Part shown: one piece after another, positions 15,229 through 27,543 of the stretch
Layout: every line of letters begins with the position of its first letter
How positions within the stretch are numbered: the first letter of the stretch is position 1
Origin: the human T2T-CHM13v2.0 reference genome, Homo sapiens
Assembly: GCF_009914755.1 (NCBI RefSeq)
Contig: NC_060931.1
Reading direction: 5' to 3' (one strand)
DNA: 64,000 nt
Position numbers and translations under genes: made by a program
The notes under the pieces: model-generated
Database searches by the model: none
Told to the model about the DNA's origin: nothing
What the model saw: the letters and a program-made list of their open reading frames with translations, nothing else

Positions 15229-15334
15229 CAATAGGACAATCCAGGAAGCTGGAAATCGAGATCAGATTTAAAAGACAGACAATTCCAATAGGACAATCCA
15301 GGAAGCTGGAAATTGAGATCAGATTTAAAAGACA
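15229..15334. repeat. Near-tandem duplication of 49 nt with an 8-nt spacer
   Basis: 15229-15277 vs 15286-15334, one CG>TG difference. Confidence 0.95.
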
Positions 15335-16225
15335 AGTAGGATCACTAGAGCATTCTTCCAGCCTTAGAATCAGACCTTTCCATGACCACAAAAGAGACAT
15401 TTCTTGCCAAGGGTGAAACTGGGACGGTTCTTGGCAATAGGCTCCATAGTTCTGTACAACTGTGTCCAGAGTGAGCCACTGCTGGCCCGCGACAGACAGG
15501 GAGCCTGAGCTCAGAGTGGAGCAGGCCCCTACAACAACTTCTTCCAACAGCCGCATTCCTGTCTCTAATGGAAAATTTAGTATAGAAGGTGAGAGTTATG
15601 AAAAAGTGAGCCATGAGGAAGGGGAGCCGGTGGAGAAAGGGGAGAGAAGAGTGGAGTTAATATGACAGGGCTTCAGCTTCAACTTGGTCTGTTTTGCCAT
15701 CCAGAGCAGATCTGTGGCCACTTGGAGGAACAAGCTCATTGCAGTCTTTCTTGGGCATCTATGAAAGCCTGTAATACTGGAGCTTCTAGCTACTAGTAAG
15801 CTTAATCTCACCACTAGAGTTGGGTAGGGAAAGAGAAACAACAAAACCCAGAGCATTTCCACATTCTCTTATAATTCTACCAAGGAACATCTTTGTTGGC
15901 CAACCCTCCTTAGTAAAGTATGAGAAAGAGAAAGAATGGAACTTTTTTTTATATGAGTGGGTACATTTGTACCTTTCATCATGATCCATTTTTTATCTGT
16001 TAGTCCACTTAATGTTTGGGTTTTCATGACCAGAAAAATAACTAAAGAAAAGGGGAGAAAACCCAATTGTGGTAAAGACAGTTACATCAATGATCATGCT
16101 ATGAATTGATCATCTAATGATGGTTTTTGATGTGGGTGGTCCTTAAATTTTTAGTTGCGACATTAGCAGTACATCTTTTCTCTCACAAACTGGAGTGTTC
16201 ACTCTTATGTTTAAAAAATATATAT

Positions 16226-16532
16226 GTGGTGGTTACCAGGGGCAGGGGGATGGGAGAATAGAGAAGATGGTCAAAGGGTACAAACTTTCAGTTATAGAAT
16301 GAATAAATTCAGATCCCATACGCAGCATGGTGACTACAGTTAACAGTACTCAAGGTATACTTGAAATGTGCTTAAGTGTTCTCATCATAAAACAAAACAA
16401 AAAGGGGTAACTAGGTGAGGTGTTAATTAAGTTGATTGTGGTAATCATGTCACAAAATATATATGATAGCAAATCGTCCTGTGGTGCACCTGAAAATCAC
16501 AAAATTTTGTCAATTATACCTCAGTAAAGCTG
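16226..16532 (+). mobile_element. L1MA9/L1MB-type 3' end fragment
   Basis: GTGGTTACCAGGGGC...GGTCAAAGGGTACAAACTTTCAGTTATA...ATTATACCTCAGTAAAGCTG. Confidence 0.8.
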
Positions 16533-18928
16533 TAATTTTTTTAAGTATGAAATAGTGGTAGAGCCAAAAATAAGAGTTTTGCCACTAATTAGTTTCTTTC
16601 TTTGAATAAATCACCCTACATCTCAATGCTTTAATTTCTTGCTTTGTTCTGTAAGGGTGTTTGGATGAACTGATCTCTGACGCCCCAGTGGTTCTGTAAG
16701 CAGAGAGAAAAAAATGGCTCCATCTTTAGGGGAGAGATACAGGGCTTGAAATTCCAGGGTCACATTTTCAAGACTTTTCAATGAAAAAAATTCAGAGTCA
16801 GTTTACGTTCCCTCATCAAGGGAGCCACCTTAGAATAGGGGGATTTTATCCAATGTGTTTTCTGGTTGTCCTCTGGATGCTGCCTGATGTGGACACGGGA
16901 TTCACGAGAAGTCTGGGGGCGTCCTTCCTCCATTAGGGCCCCTCATCCTCTTTAAAAGAAAGACAACGATGCCTTCCTCAGGGAGTCGTTGCATGAACAC
17001 ATGAAATGGTTCTTATCAGGCTCCCGGTACGTGTGAGGAGCAGGGCAACCCTTCTCATGTCATGATCTCTCTGTGTGGGGCATTTCATTTACAGCGCTAC
17101 CCCTTCCAGAAACTTCTAAGTGTATTTTTAAATGGCAAGTACCTAAAACAAAAAAGTATCTGTATTGAGGTCCAGACCTGGCACTTCATAATGTTTAAAG
17201 CATCAGCTGCCAATTTGCTGTGCCTGTAATATCTAATTTATAGTTCCCCGTGGGTGGGTGGGAGGGTGGGGCCAATCTCTCAGGAGAAGACATTTTTCTT
17301 GTTTGTAACTTTTTTCTTTGGTCATTTAAAAAAGGTTTAGTAAGTGTGCTCCATAAACTCAGGGAGCATCCCAGCCTTCCTCTGTGTGGCTGATGTGTTG
17401 AGTCTCTATTTTCCCTTGGCAATAAATTTCCCATGAGGAGGAAAGTCACCTTTTTCTTCCTGGCCTGGTAAAAACCGGACAGCAAAGGGCAGTTGTCATT
17501 CTCTAAAACACTCCCACTTTCTCGGGCCACCACCTACCTTGGCTGCCCAGCCCAGACGTTAAGGGACATGGGATAGTTTCACTTATAAAATCCACTTCCT
17601 CAGAGAGAGCAGATACTGGTGGAGTTTCCTGAATTTGGCAGAGTCTCTCTTTAGAGAGACTCTGCTTCAGACGGCTAGACACTTGGGACCTGTTGGCTCA
17701 GGTTTAAAAAATGTTCAGGTTAGTAGCCGAAAACCGCTGGAAGTCGGGGCAAAAGAGCAATGAGGGCTGCAGGGTGACCTGGGCAGCCCAAGGGGTGACT
17801 GCTTGAGGCAACACTGGGAATGGAGAGCAGGGTGCTCAGGAAGCCAGGTGGAACGGGGAGCCCAACTCACTACCAAAGGCTGGGAGCCCAGGCGCCGCTC
17901 GAGCCTCGCCACTGTTTGTTTTAGGTGAAGCAGAAATGGAAGAGCGGTGGGAGAAGGCGCGCCCAGCACTGAATAACTGGGTAGTGCAGGCATGAAATTG
18001 CCCGTTCATTCCACCAAAGACTTGAAAAGAAACAAGCAAAAACTGTTGTAACAAAGGAAACACAGGAAGGTTTTAAATTCTCTTTGAGAGACATTTTCAA
18101 GCTAAATGTAGTAAAATCCTCAATTATAAGTTTCATAGAGCAAAGCAGTAAAGCCTTTATAGAACACTAGCACTCATTTTTTGATAAACTAACTGCTATC
18201 TGGAGAGACTAAAAGACTTGTCCAGGCTCACTCAGGTTTAGGATGCAGAAGCTCACCTTTCCTGAGCAAGTCCTCCTTCTCTCATCTACTGCATTTTGGG
18301 GCGGGCAGAGTAAGGAAAATACTTGGATTTAAGTGACGCTTGTGCACCAGCTCTGGCCTACCACTTTGCTACTTGGTGGTCATAGGCAGCTCTCGTAACC
18401 TCCTAGATCTCAGGTTCATTGCTCTAAAATGGGCTGCATTGTATCTAATGTATGGGTTATTGTAAGGATTAAATATGTGACTACAAGGCAGGGTTTTCGA
18501 GAGCTTTAGACATTGTTAGTCTTATTTTCAACATGTAAATTCCTCCTTTAAGCGCCCATTCAGCATTTCCTTTTTAATATCTGTTTTTTAAAATTAATAC
18601 TTTCTTAAATAGCTTGGTTTCCAAAAACAAACAAAAAAAAAATCACTTTAAGACTGTTTGTTTGACTATGTGGAACTCTACCTACCTCTATTGCCAGGAT
18701 CTTTTGTGCAGAGCAAAATTTTTTCAAAGCTAGGACCAAATATATAACATATATTTACCCTTAATTAGGAAAGTAAAATAACCATGAAGAACTCAAGGAA
18801 GTAGTTTTCAGGTCTAAAGCTTAAGCATAATTACCTAAAGTTGGTTTCCAGTTTTAGAGCTATTCTTATAAATTATTAATTAAAGCTTTTAATAACTGAA
18901 GCTATTCCAGATAAATAGTATATTACAG

Positions 18929-19133
18929 CAGAAGTGGGCAAACGTTTTCTGAAAAGGACCATATAATCAATATTTTAGGCTTTGTGAGTCAGTCATATGA
19001 TGTCTGTAAGAACTACCCAAGCCTACCATTGTATCACAAAAGCAGCCATACGTGATACCTGAATGAATGGGCATGGCTGTGTTCCAATAAAACTTTATTT
19101 ACAAAAACAGCTGGCCATAGTTTGCCAATCCTG
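18929..19133. mobile_element. MER58A-like hAT-Charlie MITE
   Basis: CAG..GGCAAAC start, GGCTGTGTTCCAATAAAACTTTATTTACAAAAACAG core, and GTTTGCCAATCCTG end. Confidence 0.8.
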
Positions 19134-21002
19134 TCTTAAAGAAACCCATATCTTTCTGCTTTCCCTGTTTGGAATGGTTTTAATTGTCACCCCTGTCCAC
19201 TGAGTTCACAGTATTTCAGACCAGCCCCTAATATGGCTCCAACCAGGTTAGTGACTTGAAGGACTTAGGGAACACTTAAATTCAGGGCTAATTTTTAGTG
19301 AGGAAAGTTGGCCAGTAAGAGCCTTAGTCACTTAATCTTTTCCTAGCGTCCTTCATTTCAGTTCCCATGCCAACGCTTTACAATGTCGAGGTGGATGGAG
19401 GTGTGTTTTCCAACATAAAGACTTCAGCTGGAATATTGCCCAGGTCATTTCTCTCCTATTTCCCTCCATGTAGAGGTTGTTCATTAACTAATAAACTTGT
19501 AGAGGAGAGTTTCGTACTCTTGACTACCAAGGAATTCTTTCATCTTTCTTTCCTTCTTTTAACTGAAAGGTCACCAGTATGAGTTATTTTTTATGTTGAC
19601 TTAGCTTCTATTTCATAGTTGCTGTTTAGACTTGGAGAGTTTTCTGTTTTCTATCAATAAGTTGCTTTCACATTTCCAGAATTTCAACTGGTGGGTAAAA
19701 CCAATGGCTACTGCAGGTAGTAGTCTAGACAGAGCAGGAACAATAAATAACTCAAGTCCTGTCCCATTTTTCTGCATTCATTTGTCAGGGCCATGTCACT
19801 TCACTCACTCCGGCCTTCATTTCCTGGGCTAATAAACAGTACTATCAAAGGCCAAATACCATTCACAAAGTTGTCTATGGGTCCTTTTAAAAGGCAAACT
19901 TGTCCTCAGCTTCTCTTCAAACACCCTGTGTGCTCTTCCCAGAATCCTGCATTTACAGTATGGACATTTGTTATTCTGAGACTGACTGTTGCCATATGGT
20001 ATTACATAATTATTTTCCCTTTAGGTATAATTACAGAATTGCCAACCCTTCGACTCTGTTTTGCATTATTTCACACGTATTTTCTAGTTTTGATTTAGGT
20101 CTCTGCATGGTATGCCATAAATCAGCAGAGTGGGGGTGGGTAATGAAAGGACATCAAAACACAGCCCCCACTGCTATAGAATGTTACTCAAGTGACACTC
20201 CATAACTCAAATACTGCAAACCATGGGGTAGCCAAAGCAGGGCACTGCGACAGTATGAGTTGTTTTTGTTAATAGAGATGAAATTATGGGTGTAACTAGC
20301 TGGCAGTCCTCAAACAGACTTCAGCAAACTGTTTACTCAGCTGTCCTCAGGCAACAACTTAATACTTGTGGATAAAATTATTCTCCCACCATCTCCCAAG
20401 TGGTATAGTCCAGGGATCCCAATTTGTTCTCACTAATAAAAAGAAAGAACAAGTTTGCAATCTCCAAAGGCAGTTTGAGATTCTGGTTATATTTTGTTTT
20501 TAACATATCAGGCTTTCGGCACTATAATTCATGAAAATTTCCGTGTCCTTTGAATTCTGCATTTCAAAAATCTATAGGAAGCTGAAACCTAAAATACTTT
20601 GTGTGGCTTAAAGAAACCTGTGGTCCCTAATGCTAAAACCTTGACATATTTTATTTTCGTACACTATTCCCGTTGCCCACAATCCCTCCTGCTTCCTCTC
20701 TGCCTGTTGAAATTCTGACTCTTTTAGGCTCAGCTCAGATACCTCCTCCTAGAAGTCCTCTCTGATTCCCCGCCTCACCTAATAGAAATTGACCTATCAA
20801 TTTTTCTCTAGTTTAATTTTTAAAAATTATTATTCAATGTTGAAGACATACAGAACTGTATAAGAAATGATACAATAAACATCCATCTATCCACTACCTA
20901 TCATGCAGAAGCCCTCTGGGAACTGGAAGACCATTATCTGATTTTGGTATATATCATTCCCATTCTCACATAATATATTATGCCATATTTATGTATTCCT
21001 TA

Positions 21003-21005
<3 letters not shown>

Positions 21006-21056
<51 letters not shown>
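21006..21056. repeat. Pure (AT)25 microsatellite inside an old antisense L1ME-like fragment (about 20810-21260)
   Basis: The repeat is seen directly. The L1 context is inferred from GTATTCTTCTGCAACTTG and AGATTTATCATGTTGAT motifs. Confidence 0.93.
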
Positions 21057-21057
<1 letters not shown>

Positions 21058-21544
21058 CGTATTTTAGGTAAGTGTTCTATAAATGGATTTTTGTTTTGTG
21101 TATTCTTCTGCAACTTGAGTGATTTTGGGGGGGTTCACATTTATGTTTAGCAGATTTATCATGTTGATTTTCATTAGTTCATTTCCATTGCTGTAGAATA
21201 TTTCATCATTAAAATTTACTGATCATTCTCTTGGTGTACATTTAAGGTATTTTCATTTGCTCTCATATAACTTTTAAATCACTATTATGACACTACATTG
21301 TACCATAGACAGGTCAGTTGCCTATATACTTTTTACCCTCTGCCTAGCACAGTTCCAGTAGATGCTTTATATATGTTTGTTCTTTTGAATTAAATGCTTG
21401 CAAGAGAGCCAGAAAATATTATCACCTTTTTACAAATGGGGAAACTGACAGTATGTAACTGCCCCGTGTGCACAGCAAATTAACATCTGATACAGAATTA
21501 GAAGTTAGAATTTGTGGTGAGCTTAACTAGAAAGTTAAGCGTGC

Positions 21545-21855
<311 letters not shown>

Positions 21856-22009
21856 TTAAGCGTGCTATTTTAACAATCATTCTCACCCATTATATTCAGA
21901 AAACTTTGAATTTTTTTAGTTCAGAATTTGACATGAAAAATTTTAAATTTATATTATTTCTGCTTTTTATTTGGAGGAACAGCATCTCATCATAAGAAGG
22001 CAAGAGAGT

Positions 22010-22642
22010 TTTTTTAAACTTTCTTTAAACTGAGCTCTAATTCACATACCATAAAATTCACTCTCTCAAAGTGCACAGTTCAGTGGTTTTTAGTATATTT
22101 ACAAAGTTGTGCAACCATCAACACTATCTAATTTCAGAATATTTTCATTACCCTTCAGAAAAATCCCTTATCTGTAAGCATTCCTTTATTTTGCCTTCCT
22201 CACCAGCGTCTGGCAACGAGTAATCTACTTTCTGTCTCTACGGATTGCCTCTTTGGATATTTCATAAAAATGGGATCTGTTATATGTGGCCTTTTGTGGC
22301 CACCTTGTTTGTTTCACTTACATAATGTTTTTAAGGTCCATCCATGTTGTAGTATGTGTCAGTAATTCATCCCTTTTTACTGTTGAATAATATTCCATTG
22401 TGTGGCTATACCACATTTTATTCACCCATTCATCAATTAATGAACATTTGGCTTGTTTCCACTGTTTGACTATTATGAATAATGTGACTAGAAACCTTCA
22501 TGCACAAGTTTTTATGTGAACAAATATTTTCACTTCTTTTGGGTATATGCCTAGGAGTAGAATTGCTGGGTCATATAGTAACTCTGTTCAATCTTTTGAG
22601 GACCTGTGAAATTGTTTTTCAAAGCGACTGAACCATTTTACA
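22010..22642 (-). mobile_element. L1MB-type 3' end fragment
   Basis: TTCACATACCATAAAATTCAC...GTTGTGCAACCATC...CCTAGGAGTAGAATTGCTGGGTCATA. Confidence 0.85.
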
Positions 22643-25415
22643 CAGTAGATTCTTACAAGGAACTCAACACCCCAAAGACATTTCTAGCTTAATTGTCTTC
22701 ATTGTGGTCCTCAATTTAGTGTTCCGAACCTTAAAACAATGTCCGAACTCATTGTACAGTGATGTGCTACTATCCGGTGCTTATATCTAACAATTTTATA
22801 CTTGCCTTTTCATTTTGTGAATGAAATAGTCTTATGACAGGTTTCATTTTTACATTAGCCTCAATTCGATATGGCTTCATTGTAAGGAAAATCCTTGTAG
22901 TAATTTCCATCCCATGTTTATTTTATCATCTAAATTTAAATGGCTCTGATATATAAAGACTAGTAGAAAAATACCACCTGGTCTAAAAATATAGAAGCCT
23001 TGTATAACTACATTCCATCAACAAGGTAGCCTGTTCATATTTGAATGAAAAGAAAAAATAAGACAGTGGGAAGTCCTGCAAACACCACTGCAAAACAATC
23101 AGGAGAACAAATTAATCTGCCTTCCAGATGTTTGCCTGTCAAAAGTTCTGGGACTTGTGAATCACTCTCTTTTGGAGGCTCTTCTTTACTGCATAAATAT
23201 AAATGTTCACAATATTTCTTTTGAATTTTTTGATGCTCAGTGAATTTTTAAAATTATAGTATTTATTTTTTTCTGATTGAAAGATGTCTGTGTTAACAAC
23301 AAAAACAATTTTAGGTAATGCCAAGAAAAGAAAAAAGAAAATAAAAATAATAGTAAGTCACTTGGAACTCAGTTACTCAGAGACGACTATTGTCAACAGA
23401 ATATTTTCTTTTGGTCTTTTGTCTATGCATACGTATTCTTTGAAAACATAATTTCTCTGGTTGAATGACATGTCACATACTAATTTACTGTGATTTATGG
23501 AACCATCCCCAATGGAGAACGATTTATTGATCTTTTCCATATTGTTTGTTGATGTTTCTACACTGTTTTCACATTATGGTGGGAAAGATGACACAGGCAT
23601 ACAAAACCTGCCTAGCCTTCCCATGGAAAGAATTGAAAACAACAAAGTTTTATAAGAAAATACTAAGAACTTGTAGTAACTTGAGCACATCTTTATGTAA
23701 ACATAATTTTCTAGTTGTACTTTGTAATTTACTATTCGATTAGTAAAAAGGTATGTAATGTTAAGCCAACCAGTGACAAGGCATTAGCTTTTGAATTAAA
23801 AGCAGAAGAGCCCTTGTGCATAGAAGAAGACCAGGTAACACTTCAAGGACGTTTGGCACATTGGATTTGTAGAGATGGGAAGTTACTCCTACACACCTGA
23901 ATTTTAAGATACGGCTAGCAATTATCATTAGAACTGATTCTTGTTATAAATCTGTGATTCTTGATCATGGTGGAGACATGGCACTAGTTAGATTTAATAC
24001 AAATTGTCATGCTTTTTTTCAACAAATCTACTTACAGATATTAACACAAGGACTATTTCCATGGGCATATAAATAATAAGGAGTAAGTATGAAATGAATT
24101 CAAATTACTTTTATCATCTTGGGAACTCTTTAAGGAATTAGAAAATGTGCTAGTATAGTGCCAAAAACAACAAAACATGACTGGGCATAGAGGGCAAAGA
24201 TCACTATTATAATTAATTAATAGGATCCAGAATATTAAACGTTATTTGGATAATTAAATACAATGAAAAAGAAAGCCAACAAAATTATTTCAAAATGGTG
24301 ACTACTCCTCCCATTCTTCATTATGAGTCAGATATAGCAAATGTATTTTGACTTTATGTTAGGATTTAATCACGTATTTTTATAGATTTTTAAACTCATT
24401 CATTCTAAACTGAGGAAATGGGTTGTTTTTATAGTTGTTGTGAAATACCCGCCATGCCAAGACAGAGTTCTTCCTTCTGGATGCATTTGCAATCTTACAA
24501 AGAGCTTCTGGTGACTCAGAAAATCCCATGCGTCCATTTTCCAAATTGGATGTTATGTGATTAAAAATAAATGTAAATCACACAGAGACTTTGGTGTGCT
24601 TCTGAAAATTCCCATGTCAGGAGTTGGCATGTATCAACCATGTGTAGGTGTGTGTGTGCTCACTAATACTGTGTGAGCATTTAGGACCTTATTTGAGAAG
24701 TTCTTTCCTGGAAGAAGAGTAAAGGGTACTGTTTTGGAACTCAGCCTGCCATATCCAGCTCTGTTTCGGAGGAGAAGAAAGCAGGGCGGATAGACACAAA
24801 GGAAGTTCACAGTTTAAAATTTAAAGAAAAGGGCTCACTGGACTTGTTATCTTTGGATATTTATCAACTGGAATTTTTGTTTCTGCACAGCCCTTCTTAG
24901 ATAAAGGAGAAGGGAGGAAAATGAGTATTCTTATAGCACAAATAATGCATTTTTCTAAATCATGCTGCCTCCCTCATCCAGGCCTGCCAACCCTAACTGC
25001 CCTCAATTGGTGACAGTTCCCGTGTTTTTCTTTTTACAGATGAAATTGATCAAACAAATGCATGCCCTGCTTTTGGTTAGGAAGGTAGACTTAGATAGGT
25101 AATAAATAATTGGGGTCACTTTAAGTAAATAATGAGTCTTGGTCATGAACAGAGGAAAAGAAGAAGGGGACATCTTCCAAAAAGCTATTTGTCATCTAGA
25201 CTAGTTCTCTAAGCCTTGTTAGAAATTTGGAATTTGTTCCTCTCAAACCCGTCCATATAACCCACCCAAATTCCAAATTGGATTTTATGTGATTGCAATC
25301 ACATAAAATGACAGCCAGATACTGTCAGGCTCTTTCTTCTCTGACACCCACTTTCTTTCTCTTTCACTGATTTGACACTTATGCCACTTTGATTGTTAAG
25401 CTGTGGTGTGTACAC

Positions 25416-25559
25416 TTTTTTGTTTTTATTTTTTATAGAGATAGATAGGCATATCATTATTTCTCCCAGGCTGGTCTCAAACTCCTGAGCTCAAGCGATC
25501 TGCCCTCCTCAGCCTCCCAAAATGTTGGGATTACAGGGCATGAGCCACCACGCCCAGCC
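25416..25559 (-). mobile_element. FLAM_C-like Alu monomer
   Basis: Single left-arm monomer with T tail. Degenerate TSD TGTG(T/C)A(C/T)ACTTTT. Confidence 0.8.
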
Positions 25560-25890
25560 ATGTGCATACTTTTTATTTCGCCAACTGGACAGTCAGTTCC
25601 TTGAGAGTAGGAGCCAGATCTTCTGCTTCTCTCCACTCCTTTTCATCTCCCACACATCGTCAGCCCTGTTTGGTTAGTTCCTGTGGCTTAGGCAAGGAAA
25701 CTGCAATGAGAAGCGTAGGGGCAGACCCTTGCACTAAGGAGACGAAAGAAGCTGAATGCCATTGGAACTACCCCAACAAACAATGCCCTGCCAGAGTCAA
25801 TGTACTCTGCACTGCAGAAAACACAGCTTTCCCACTCAGTGGAGGAAATAGCCTTTAACTAAGTAGTAGAAAAAAGTATTCCACAATTCA

Positions 25891-26213
<323 letters not shown>

Positions 26214-27425
26214 TTAGATTCCCTGTACTATGAGTCTAGTGGTTCTTTCAACTCTTACTCTTGAAATGTACTGAAGCATTTACCCAGCATACAAGATGAT
26301 GCTTTTTTATTTCAGCATTCAGTAACTGCAGACTATTTTCTCCCTGTTTGCACTGTAGTTTTGTACACTGTGTAGTTTTGCATTTAAGATGACAAAACAG
26401 TAAAATATATTCAAACTGTCTTAGCCAAAATAGGGCTAAGTTCTGAATGCATATTAAATTGGAACTTGAGGAATAGAATTGTGTTATTTCTGTAACTTTG
26501 AACTCTGAGGGAGAAAATATTCCTTCCTGCTAGTGCATCTCGAAGCATTTTGCATCCTAAAGGAAGTGTGGACTTCATTGGTTGTGTTGTGACATATATT
26601 AGAGCCCAGACTGTAGCTAAGTCGACTCTCTGAGCAACAGACACTCTGGAGGATCCAGAGACAGTAATGAATGAAGCCATTTGGACAGATCTGTGCCCTT
26701 CGATTTTCCTGCATTCAACAAAGCAGATGGTATTCCCATTCCCTATGGAAAACATCAAGAGAAATCCTGAAAAATCCCTAATGTACCTGATTTACTTGGA
26801 AATTATAAGTCTTGCTTGCACAGAGCTATTTGAAAGGCTTCCATGGAGAAATTAAAAATTTCTAAAATGTTAATGTGTGGTCTTAAGGAATCTACATGAA
26901 TGAAATGATCTGGCAATGTTTCCGTTTTCAAAGGAATCAGGCTTGAAATGTAAAATTTGTGTTCAGTCATAAGAACCTTCCAGAAGCAAACCCCAGAAGT
27001 CAACCTGAGAAATACTTTTGTGAAGATCAAACAATGTCCAGGGATGAATCATCCACAGCATTTCCTACCAAAGTTGAGAAGCCAGACCTTCAGCACCAAG
27101 GTGGTCTCCATGCTAGACAAGAATATTTCTCTCACTTTTAAAAGTATAACGTTTCATTTCAAATAAATCAAGAGGCTGGACAAGATACTTGCAAAGAGAA
27201 GCTATGAATGCTTCCATGAAATTCCCTATCAATCAAATAGTCTATCGTTTGGTACAAAAATTGATTTTTTTTTTTCTGGAAACAGTATACATAGTACTTA
27301 GACTGTGCTGGGGCAGAGGGTTTGGACTGTTCCACAATTTTAAAAACTTCAAATGAACTTTAAAAACTGAACTTTACTAGAGATGTTGCTGAATACAAAT
27401 ATTCATTAAATTTCAACAATGTGTG

Positions 27426-27543
27426 TTTTTTTTTTTTTGAGACAGGAATCTCACTGTATTGCACAGGTTGGTCTCAAACTCTTGGCCTCACGAGATCTAC
27501 CCCTCAGCTTCCCATGTAGCTGGGATTACAGGCATGCACCGCC
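27426..27543 (-). mobile_element. FLAM_A-like Alu monomer with a fold-back at its 5' end
   Basis: Monomer with T tail. TSD CAACAATGTG (27414-27423, 27567-27576). Confidence 0.8.

Noticed and set aside
15229-15334. Repeat-spacer-repeat pattern resembling a CRISPR array
   Set aside because: Only two units with an 8-nt spacer, in human intronic context with no cas genes.
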